Both the position numbers and the translations under genes were made by a program. 64,000 nt of DNA from Eledone cirrhosa (lineage: Eukaryota): assembly GCA_964016885.1 (NCBI GenBank), contig OZ024740.1:168516001-168580000 (forward strand), given 5' to 3'. This document shows positions 53,782-64,000 of this stretch, in pieces. Numbering within the stretch: the stretch's first letter is position 1; each line of letters starts with the position of its first letter. A model generated the notes under the pieces. It was not told where the DNA came from, did no database searches, and saw only the letters and a program-made list of their open reading frames with translations.

Positions 53782-54613
53782 ATCATCATCATCATCATCA
53801 TCATCGTTTAACGTACATGTTCCACGCTTGCATGGGTTTGGATGGGAGTTTTCCCACTTGAGGCAAGAGTGGTTGTCTTGCTCGCATAGGACTGTCTGGC
53901 GGGTTTTCTACAGCTGGATGCCCTTCCTAACACCAACCACATTTACAGTGTGGGACTGGGAGGTTTTTACCGTGTTGCCTACACGGCCACATTACAGCGT
54001 GGACTGTGTGTTTTTTGTCGTGACACCTACGCGATCTCATTTGTTTTCGGCCTGGATGTTGTGGCACCAACATAACTTTACATTGAAAGGGGCGGTGTGG
54101 ATGGGGTGGGGGTGGTGGGACGGGGGTGTATTTTGTTAGAGATGCCTACTGACTGTAGTAGGTTTTACTTTGTATTTAGGTAAGGCGGGTCTTCTCTATT
54201 ACTGAGTACCGCCAAAGGTCTCGGTCCAGTGACATTGTCTTGGAGAGGTGTAAGTGTGTGAGGTCGGAATTTATCAGCTCGTCCCAGGTTTTTCTGGGTC
54301 TGCCTACTCCGTGGCTACCATCTATCTTTATTGCCCTGCACTTTGTTATACAGCTGTCGTCTTTCATGCGCATCACGTGACCATACCAACGTAGCCTTCT
54401 CTCGAGTAAACAATATCTGATCCCTCTTATTTCTAATTTTTTCCTTAGTTCGTTTATGCTTTGCCGTTCACGTATATTACTATTACACATCCAGCGGAGC
54501 ATGCAAGCTTCGTTCCTCTCTAGTCTGCGTATATTCTCTGTACACAATGCCCAGGTCTCACTGCCATGCAACATTGCTGTTCGTATGCAGGCATCATACA
54601 ACCTGCCTTTCAT
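53782..54613 (-). mobile_element. RTE family A, 5'-truncated
   Basis: ORF 54176-54613; tail. Confidence 0.93.
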
Positions 54614-54717
54614 TTTTTTTATATGTATATATATATATATATATGCATATTTGTATATATATGTATATATATATATATGTATATTTGTATATATATATGT
54701 ATATTTATTTGTATATA

Positions 54718-55205
54718 TTGTAATGCTTTGGGAGTGTCATGTTGCCAATAAGAAATACACGCACCTGTTGCTTTCACTCCAATTTTTTATAAATTAAATT
54801 CATAAATTTAAGAATTTATAAATTTCCGGTCGGTTGGTTGGTTCCATAACCGGACGGTTGTTCATATATTGTCAAAATTCTTTCGTCAGACATTCTGTGA
54901 CCTCTTCAGTGACTGGGGATTCTTTTCTTTGTTTTTGTGCCTCTCCTTTGTTCTGTCCTACGCCATCTTGTTTTTGTGTGTGTTGCGTGCTTAGTTTGCG
55001 CATGTGTTACATCCGGGTGTTGTGTGTGTTTATATTTGTTTATTTATTTGTTTATTTACATGTTACTGGTTGGTTGTTTTTTCTATGTGAGTGTGTGTTT
55101 TCATTTTGTCCTTAATTGTAAGTTGTGATGTTGCTATTCCATTCATGTTTTTTATTTAATTTTGGTTGGAGTTCATTTATGTTTATTGCTTCTGTGAGGT
55201 AGGCC
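54718..55205 (-). mobile_element. Penelope-like element 3' end (GIY-YIG C-terminus + 3' UTR)
   Basis: AYLTEAININELQPKLNKKHEW fits the PLE EA..I....P.LN terminus; hammerhead-like motif at 54871-54913. Confidence 0.7.
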
Positions 55206-55668
55206 GTATGTGTGGCAGGTAGGCCGTATGTGTGGCAGCAAGACTCAGCGCCCTGCCATACCAGCCGAAAGACCCAAGCCTGGCTGTCAGAGAACTTCGT
55301 CCACCACACTTCACCTGACATCTGGCCGCCCAACTCGCCTGACTGCAACTCCCTCGACTTCTTTGTGTGGGGCGCAGTGGAACGAGACACCAACAGATCT
55401 AGCTGCAATACGAAAGACGATCTGAAGGCCAGGATGACAAGTGCCTTTAGGGGCCTAAATCGGGGGACAGTGACGAAGGCCAGTAGCCGGTTCTGAGGCC
55501 GCCTTGAGGCTGTCATCAAAACCAATGGCGGGTTTATTGAGTGAGATCGAAAGAACAAGTCATGTAGACAAACTGACCCAAGTTTGATAAATAAATCTTA
55601 AAAAATAAAACTACTGTGTTATTTTTTCCTAGACAGTAATCTTGCGAACAAATATCGTCCGCACCCTG
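55199..55668 (+). mobile_element. maT (DD37D) Tc1/mariner-superfamily transposon 3' fragment
   Basis: WQQDSAPCH...WPPNSPDCNSLD with 37 residues between the last two Asp; right TIR ends CACCCTG|TA. Confidence 0.88.
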
Positions 55669-55700
55669 TATATATATATGTATATATGTATATATATATG

Positions 55701-55735
<35 letters not shown>

Positions 55736-55912
55736 GTATATATGTATATATATATGTATATATATATATGTATATATATATATGTATAAATATATGTATA
55801 TATGTATATATATATATATGTATATATATATGTATATATGTATATATATATATATGTATATATGTATATATATATATATATGTATATATGTATATATATA
55901 TGTATATATATG

Positions 55913-56440
55913 TCGAGTCACTCTTGAGTGCTACTGGTAACATGTAACCCAGTACAACTTGTCGCATGGACGGGTCGCCGGCGACTAAACCGGCAACCCC
56001 ACCAAGTTTACTTGGTGAGGAGAGTGATTTTGGACACCCTGCAGGAGAAAAAAAAAAACAAAACCTGACAAAGGGCGAAAGAACTCATAAGAGTCAACGG
56101 CCATCCAAAAGTGTGTAAATATGTATATACACATGTACCGCATGGTTAAACCACTGGGAGTGAACGACCCCTAGCCTTTGTCAGGGCATTCTTCTAGGAG
56201 AAGGCAACTCAGGAAACTGGGATGACTCCGATATAAAACCTGCGGCTCAGTAGTTACCGATGATGTTGATCTTTTCTTCTTTTCGGGTTATAGCTACTGT
56301 TGCTCAGAGAGTGGGATTGGTTCAGTGCACAGTCTTTCCTCACTTTAAAAAATATCTTCATGCACAGGCATTGCACGAAAGAATTAATTAATAATTATTA
56401 ATAATGGTTAATAATCGATAACGAGGGGGCAGCCATCATA
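55913..56440 (-). mobile_element. Non-coding repeat resembling an RTE 5' UTR
   Basis: GTTGCCTTCTCCTAG, GGTTTAGTCGCCGG and TACTGGGTTACATGTTACCAGTA blocks; TA tracts on both sides. Confidence 0.55.
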
Positions 56441-56461
56441 TATATATATATATATATATAT

Positions 56462-59168
56462 CTAGGGCGGGTAAAATTCCCGAGATCCATGGACGAGTTC
56501 TCTCCAGCGGTCTCTGTCCCTCATTATTGCTACCATGTCCTGCGTCTCCAACAGATCAGTGTCTGTCCTTAGGGCATCAACATACGTTAACCCTGGTCTT
56601 CCTCTTCCAGTGTGTCCATATAGGGGCTCCCATAGGAGCACTAAGTGCAATGTCAACTCTGGATGTCGGTGAGCATGTCCAGCCAACCTCAGTCTCCCCT
56701 GTGTCACTTTTGAGTTTCTCATCCTCAGTGTATACTGATTAATGTTCAGAGCCATCCTCAGCATTCTCATGTAGCACCCATCCACCAACCTAGTGAGTTT
56801 CTTTGTCAGTGTCCAAGTCTCAGAACCGTACAGCAGCACAGACTCCACTACAGCAATGAAGAAGCGGATTTTCAGGTCTTTACGAAGGTCCGACTTCCAC
56901 ACCGATCACAAGGTGTGGCACGCCGCCGAGGCGTTGCTCTTCCTCTCAGCCACAACATCTTCCATATTCCCAATCATTGCTCCCAAATACATGAAGTCCT
57001 CAACCAATTCTAGCGGCTTCCCGCCTACATTAGTGATCCCCTCTGGCTTCTCAACATTCTCTACCAGATATTTTGTTTTAGTCTCATTCATTCTCAGCCC
57101 CACACTCATCGACACAGTCTCAATCTCCTGCGTCAAATCCTCTGCCTCCTTCACTATATTTGTCACCAAAAAACTATGTCGTCGGCAAATTCAGCATCCG
57201 ATATCTTTTTTGCCTTAACTCTCCTGCTCTGAGCCGGTGCTACAGTAAAGCCAGAGTCCTGGTGTTTCTCCAGTGCAAGGCGCATACAATAGTCCACTAC
57301 GATGATAAAAAGGTAGGAAGCCAATGCATCTCCCTGGAGCACTTCAGCCAGTATCTCAAAGAACGTTGTCATCCCATCAGGTGTAATGACTTTGGTTTTG
57401 GTGTAGAGCAGATATATCAGGTCCATTATCTTCTTGGGGATTCCATAAGCCTGTAAGATCTTCATCAGGCAATGACGGTCCACAGAATCAAAAGCCTTCC
57501 TAGAGTCAATGAAAACCATGACCACAGGAAGGCACTTTGCTCTAGCTCCCTCTAATATCCTCCTCAGCATCAGGATGTGACTGGTGGTTGATCTTCCCTC
57601 TCTGAAGCTGTTCTGGTTGTCCCTGAGCTTCTTCTCCATCTCAGGCTGGATCCTGTTAAGAATCATCCTGTTGAGAGTCTTTGCCACAAGTGACGTCAGT
57701 GAGATCCCCTTGTAGTTGTTGGTGTTAGAGAGATCTCCCTTCTTTGGCACTGGGACGATGTTACTGATCCTCCACTGATTCGGGGCAATTCCTTTCCCCA
57801 GTGCCTGATTACAGAACCCCAGGATGATATCATCAAAATCATACCTCTTCATCACCTCTGATGCCATTCCATCTTCTCCATGAGCCTTGCCCTCCTTGAT
57901 CTTCTTCTTGGCTCTCTGAAGCTCCTCTCTGGTGAAGGGCTCTGTCTCAATATCCAGTTCTTCAAACAGCCGCCTGATCTCCCCAGTGCTCTTGGCTATG
58001 GAGGGCGGCTCTCCTAGTAGGGTCCTAAAATGGTCTAGCCATTTTCTCTTCCTATCCTCGGACCCTGTTCCCTGGATCTGACTCGAACACCTTCTCCTCC
58101 TCCCTGTGATCTCGTTGATGATCATCCAGCTCTCCTTACATCCAGACCTGTCAACTGTTCTCTCCACACTTCTGATCTTCTCTATCAGTGCCTCCTCTCT
58201 GGCCTCAGTGTAAGCGGTACAGAGTTCTTCCCTCATCACCTCCACAGTCTCCATCCTCTCCTCCATAGGATCGGCATAGAATTGGTCCTTGGCAGCTTTC
58301 AGGTGTTCTCTGGCTGCACACTCTTTTGGGTCTGCAGAGCTGACATGCTTCCTTTTGTTCTTTCTCCTTGTCACCAGGGTCTCACTTGCTTCCACCACTG
58401 CATTGGTGAAGTGCCTGTACCTCCTCGTCACACTCTCCCCAGTTCATCCAATCTCTCTCTCCTCTGTCTCTCCACACAGAGCACTGAACCTGTTCCTCAC
58501 TTCCACTGTGAACCTCTCCTGTAGCTTATCATCTTCCTTGAAAACTCCCCAGTCATAGATTGCTCTCCGGGGCTGAGCCTTACTCTTTCTTAAGCTCACC
58601 TGGACCTCACTCATAACAAGCCGGTGGTCACTACCCAGTGTACTGAAATAGTTGTATGGTTCTGTGTTCAGAACACTATTCCGCCACTTTTTCCTCACCA
58701 GAAGGAAATCAATCTGGGACTTGGACAGGTGCATATCTGAGATGTTGGTCCGCATCTTGCTCGGATTCTTCCTAAACCTAGGTTGGTCGCTATCAAGTTT
58801 GCCTCCAGCAGGGTGTCTCTCAATTGTCTTCCATTTTGGTTGGTGTTATGGAAGTACCAGCAAGCATCTTCACTGCCCTCCTTACATTCTTAATTAAGTG
58901 CATTGAAGTCCCCCAAAACAAGCAGGATGTTGTATGCTTGTGCGGTGTTGACAGCTCTACACAGCTCCTCATGGAACTCTTCTGCACTCACATCACTGTC
59001 TCCCTCGGTTGGACTATAGGCTGAGATGACTGTCAGTCTTGGGTTTCTATTGAAGGTCACCCTCAACACTTGTGCGGAGACAGGTATTATTTCCCTCACC
59101 AATAGACTGGTTTTTGTGCTCAAAACAAAACCCACTCCTCCAACTGCAGCATTGGTCATGTTCCTCAT
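56462..59168 (-). mobile_element. Near full-ORF RTE-clade LINE (family B; APE + RT), frameshifted, ending directly in (TA)n
   Basis: GGVGF, SAYSPT, GDFNA, QIDFLL, SDHRLV, YKGISLTS, FIDSRKAFD, LQGD, FADD, YGSETW, GRGRP. Confidence 0.95.
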
Positions 59169-59803
59169 GACGGGGGTGTATTTTGTTAGAGATGCCTACT
59201 GGCTGTAGTAGGTTTTACTATGTATTTAGGTAAGGCGGGTCTTCTCTGTTACTGAGTACCGCCAAAGGTCTCGGTCCAGTGACATTGTCTTGGAGAGGTG
59301 TAAGTGTGTGAGGTCGGAGTTTATCAGCTCGTCCCAGGTTTTTCTAGGTCTGCCTATTCCGTCGCTACCGTCTATCTTTATTGCCCTGCACTTTGTTATA
59401 CAGCTATCGACTTTCATGCGCATCACGTGTCCATACCAACGTAGCCTTCTCTCGAGTAAACAACATCTGATCCCTCTTATTTCTAATTTTTTCCTTAGTT
59501 CGTTTATGCTTTGCCGTTCACGTATATTACTGTTACACATCCAGCGGAGCATGCAAGCTTCGTTCCTCTCTAGTCTGCGTATATCCTCTGCACACAATGC
59601 CCAGGTCTCACTGCCGTGCAACATTGCTGTTCGTATGCAGGCATCGTACAACCTGCCTTTCATTTTTAGGGAGAACCCTTTAGCAGCTAATAGTGGTATA
59701 AGCTCTCTGAACTTTTTCCAACCAGTTCTGACTCTAGCTACTGTACTTTCAGAGCACCCTCCCCCACTGCTGATTTTATCGCCCAGGTAACGGAAGCTGT
59801 CCA
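59169..59803 (-). mobile_element. RTE family A, 3' UTR cut at the junction with family B
   Basis: ORF 59226-59804. Confidence 0.92.
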
Positions 59804-59806
59804 ATG

Positions 59807-59837
<31 letters not shown>

Positions 59838-59856
59838 GTATATATATATGTATATA

Positions 59857-60595
59857 TCATCATCATCATCATCATCAGCGTTTAACGTCCGTGTTCCACG
59901 CTTGCATGGGTTTGGACGGGGGTAGTCCCACTTGAGGCAAGAGTGATTGTCTTGCTCGCATAGGACTGTCTGGCAGGTTTTCTACAGTTGGATGCCCTTC
60001 CTAACACCAACCACATTTACAGTGTGGGTCTGGGAGGTTGTTACCGTGTTGCCTACACGGCCACATTACAGCGTGGACTGTGTGTTTTTTTGTCGTGACA
60101 CCTACACGATCTCATTTGTTTCGGCCTCGATGGCGCGGCACCAACATAACTTTACATAGAACGGGGTGGTGTGGATCGGGTGGGGGTGGTGGGACGGGGT
60201 GTATTTGTTAGAGATGCCTACTGGCTGGAGTAGGTTTTACTATATATTTAGGTAAGGCGGGTCTTCTCTGTTACTGAGTACCGCCAAAGGTCTCGGTCCA
60301 GTGACATTGTCTTGGAGAGGTGTAAGTGTGTGATGTCGGAGTTTATCAGCTCGTCCCAGGTTTTTCTAGGTCTGCCTATTCCGTGACTACCGTCTATCTT
60401 TATTGCCCTGCACTTTGTTATACAGCTATCGACTTTCATGCGCATCACGTGTCCATACCAACGTAGCCTTCTCTCGAGTAAACAACATCTGATCCCTCTT
60501 ATCTCTAATTTATTCCTTAGTTCGTTTATGCTTTGCCGTTCACGTATATTACTGTTACACATCCAGCGGAGCATGCAAGCTTCGTTCCTCTCTAG
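59857..60595 (-). mobile_element. RTE family A, 5'-truncated
   Basis: ORF 60248-60574; tail. Confidence 0.92.
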
Positions 60596-60605
60596 TATAT
60601 ATATG

Positions 60606-60636
<31 letters not shown>

Positions 60637-60659
60637 GTATATATGTATATATATATATA

Positions 60660-61491
60660 TCATCATCATCATCATCATCATCAACGTTTAACGTCCGTGT
60701 TCCACGCTTGCATGGGTTTGGACGGGGATAGTCCCAATTGAGGCAAGAGTGATTGTCTTGCTCGCATAGGACTGTCTGGCAGGTTTTCTACAGTTGGATG
60801 CCCTTCCTAACACCAACCACATTTACAGTGTGGGTCTGGGAGGTTTTTACCGTGTTGCCTACACGGCCACATTACAGCGTGGACTGTGCGTTTTTTTGTC
60901 GTGACACCTACACGATCTCATTTGTTTCGGCCTGGATGGCGCGGCACCAACATAACTTTACATAGAACGGGGTGGTGTAGATGGGGTGGGGGTGGTGGCG
61001 GGACGGGGTGTATTTTGTTAGAGATGCCTACTGGCAAGGCGGGTCTTCTCTGTTACTGAGTACCGCCAAAGGTCTCGGTCCAGTGACATTGTCTTGGAGA
61101 GGTGTAAGTGTGTGAGGTCGGAGTTTATCAGCTCGTCCCAGGTTTTTCTAGGTCTGCCTATTCCGTGGCTACCGTCTATCTTTATTGCCCTGCACTTTGT
61201 TATACAGCTATCGACTTTCATGCGCATCACGTGTCCATACCAACGTAGCCTTCTCTCGAGTAAACAACATCTGATCCCTCTTATCTCTAATTTTTTCCTT
61301 AGTTCGTTTATACTTTGCCGTTCACGTATATTACTGTTACACATCCAGCGGAGCATGCAAGCTTCGTTCCTCTCTAGTCTGCGTATATCCTCTGCACACA
61401 ATGCCCAGGTCTCACTGCCATGCAACATTGCTGTTCGTATGCAGGCATCGTACAACCTGCCTTTCATTTTTAGGGAGAACCCTTTAGCAGC
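60660..61491 (-). mobile_element. RTE family A, 5'-truncated
   Basis: [13 protein letters not shown]..; small 3' UTR deletion; tail. Confidence 0.92.
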
Positions 61492-61494
61492 ATG

Positions 61495-61555
<61 letters not shown>

Positions 61556-61564
61556 GTATATATG

Positions 61565-61595
<31 letters not shown>

Positions 61596-61616
61596 GTATA
61601 TATATATATTTATGTG

Positions 61617-61653
<37 letters not shown>

Positions 61654-61672
61654 GTATATATATATATATACG

Positions 61673-61707
<35 letters not shown>

Positions 61708-61790
61708 GTATATATATATATGTATATATATATATATACGTATATATATATATGTATATATATATGTATATATGTATATATATATATATA

Positions 61791-62387
61791 TATTAAAATA
61801 TAGAGAAAAATACTGCAGGTAGCACATGGATAACATGTAATAAAATAAGTCCCTCATCAGTGATTTGCCGAAGATCATAGATATTTCATTGCATTAAAAA
61901 TCATATATCTCACTTCGGTGCAATAATAACCAAAATAAGTTATTAGGACAATTAAAACGCGTAAAGCGAGTGAGACAGGAGAACAACCGAAAGTATAGCA
62001 TACCGTAGGGGATAGAAACAAGCTTCAAAAATTATTCTGTTTAGCATAAGCTAGGTGAATATATGAGCGCTTAGAGAATAGAACCTACACGAACGAGGGC
62101 TATGAGCAGAGAGAGAAAAATATAGCGTTCGTGAGTGCAGGATGAAATGAAGAGAAGAGGGAGAAAAACAGTGAGTGAGTGAAAGTGTGAGGAAGAGTTA
62201 ACGGACAAGACAGAGGGGGAGAAACAGAGAGAATGGGGGAACAGTAAGAGAGAGAGAAAAAAACACAGAATCGCAGTGGTAAATATATGTATTAAAATAT
62301 AGAGAGAAATACTGCAGGTAGCACATGGATAACATGTAATAAAATAAGTCCCTCATCAGTGATTTGCCGAAGATCATAGATATTTCA
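61791..62387. mobile_element. Non-coding element with 98-bp direct repeats, 499-bp period, in a TA tract
   Basis: 61791-61888 is nearly identical to 62290-62387. Confidence 0.7.
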
Positions 62388-62409
62388 ATATATATATTTA
62401 TATATATAT

Positions 62410-62586
62410 CCCACACTGTAAATGTGGTTGGTGTTAGGAAGGGCATCCAGCTGTAGAAAACCCGCCAGACAGTCCTATGCGAGCAAGACAACCACTCTTG
62501 CCTCAAGTGGGAAAACCCCCGTCCAAACCCATGCAAGCGTGGAACAGGGACGTTAAACGATGATGATGATGATGATGATGATGATG
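62410..62586 (+). mobile_element. RTE family A tail only
   Basis: CCATGCAAGCGTGGAA..ACGTTAAAC(GAT)n. Confidence 0.88.
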
Positions 62587-62736
62587 TGTATATATATATA
62601 TATATACAAGCAAATTATATACGTAAACATGTAAGTATGTTTTTGAAATGGTGCGCGAGTTTGAAATTAGATATTAGAAATTATAAGCTTTCACCGTATT
62701 TTAGACCAAAGAAATTTCTAGCCTGATAGTGGGGTT

Positions 62737-62771
<35 letters not shown>

Positions 62772-62966
62772 ATGTATATGTATATATATATGTATATATA
62801 TGTATATATATGTTTATATATATGTATATATATATATGTATATATATGTTTATATATATATGTATATATATATATGTATATATATGTTTATATATATATA
62901 TATGTTTATATATATATATGTATATATATGTATATATGTATATATATGTATATATGTATATATATG

Positions 62967-63039
<73 letters not shown>

Positions 63040-63060
63040 GTATATGTATATATATTATAT

Positions 63061-64000
63061 GTTTGGGTTGGGGTCCACCAGGGCTCTGTTCTTAGCCCTC
63101 TCCTGTTCATCATAGTCCTGCAGGCAATAACGGAGGAGTTTAAGACCGGATGCCCATGGGAACTCCTGTATGCTGATGACCTCGCACTCATAGCTGAATC
63201 TATGGTAGAACTAGAGAATAAATTCCAAACCTGGAAGCAGGGACTAGAGAGAAAGGGTCTCAAAGTCGACATGACCAAGACTAAGGTCCTTGTAAGTAGA
63301 CGAGAAAACAGAACCCAGATCCCCTTCTGCCCCAAATGCAAACAATGGGTACACAAGAGATGTAGCGGGATCTCAGGAAGCTTAATTAAGAATGTAGGAT
63401 TCACATGCAGCAGCTGTGCTGAAACAGCAAGCAGCAAACAGCCACAGGAAACAAGTACCACCAATCTCTGGGAGAGCCCTGTAGAAACAGTAGACAGCTT
63501 CTGCTACCTAGGTGACCGAATTAGCAACGGAGGTGGGTGTTCAGAAAGTACAATAACTAGGGTAAGAACGGGATGGAAGAAGTTTAGGGAACTACTACCA
63601 CTGCTAGCTGCAAAAGGCTTCTCCCTCAGAATGAAAGGCAGACTGTATGATGCGTGTATCTGAACAGCGATGTTGCATGGTAGTGAGACCTGGGCGCTGA
63701 AGGTGGAAGACTTACGTAGATTAGAGAGAAACGAAGCCTGCATGCTCCGATGGATGTGTAACAGTAATATACGTGAACGACAAAGCATAAATGAATTGAG
63801 AGAGAGACTGAGTATAAGAGGAATCAAATGCTGTGTGCAGGAGAGGCGGTTGCGCTGGTATGGACATGTGATGCGTATGAAGGATGACAGCTGCATAAAA
63901 AGGTGCAGAGCACTAGAAGTTGATGGAAACCGCGGAGTGGGGAGACCCAAGATGACCTGGGATGAGGTGATAAAAGCCGACCTTACCCAATTACACCTCT
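63061..64000 (+). mobile_element. RTE family C, 5'-truncated, running off the window
   Basis: [19 protein letters not shown]; in-frame TGA at 63661. Confidence 0.93.

Noticed and set aside
52828-54139. Long ORFs of 200-347 aa rich in Y/I/M/C/V
   Set aside because: Translations of (TA)n/(TATATG)n microsatellite; the same applies near 11.2, 21.9, 50.3, 51.6, 55.8, 61.6 and 62.9 kb
59290-59790. Recurrent antisense ORFs (MRITCPYQR..., [14 protein letters not shown]...)
   Set aside because: Stop-free opposite frames of RTE RT sequence; no independent evidence of function
62660-62735. Minus-strand GAAAGCTTA with palindromic AAGCTT in a short insert between TA tracts
   Set aside because: No CUGANGA or stem I partner found

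Overview
AT-rich, repeat-dense eukaryotic DNA. The SINE/RTE/Penelope content and the TA/GAT microsatellites suggest a cephalopod (octopus-like) genome; this is inference. No intact protein-coding gene is evident, and most ORFs in the track are microsatellite translations or antisense frames of retroelements. The window holds many 5'-truncated RTE-clade LINE copies ending in (GAT)n, tRNA-derived SINEs, Penelope-like element (PLE) remnants (RT and GIY-YIG), a maT/DD37D transposon fragment, MITEs and two candidate decayed host exons. From about 45.5 kb onward it is a nested insertion hotspot built on (TA)n/(TATATG)n tracts. The most notable signal is a set of at least four sequence-unrelated, non-coding elements carrying minimal type-I hammerhead ribozymes with a palindromic stem III. 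They are arranged as fold-back palindromes and/or ~480-540 bp tandem units, and one is bounded by an exact 12-bp target-site duplication. They look like non-autonomous PLE-mobilised, retrozyme-like elements. Coordinates of degenerate elements are approximate, and all alignments and folds were done by eye.
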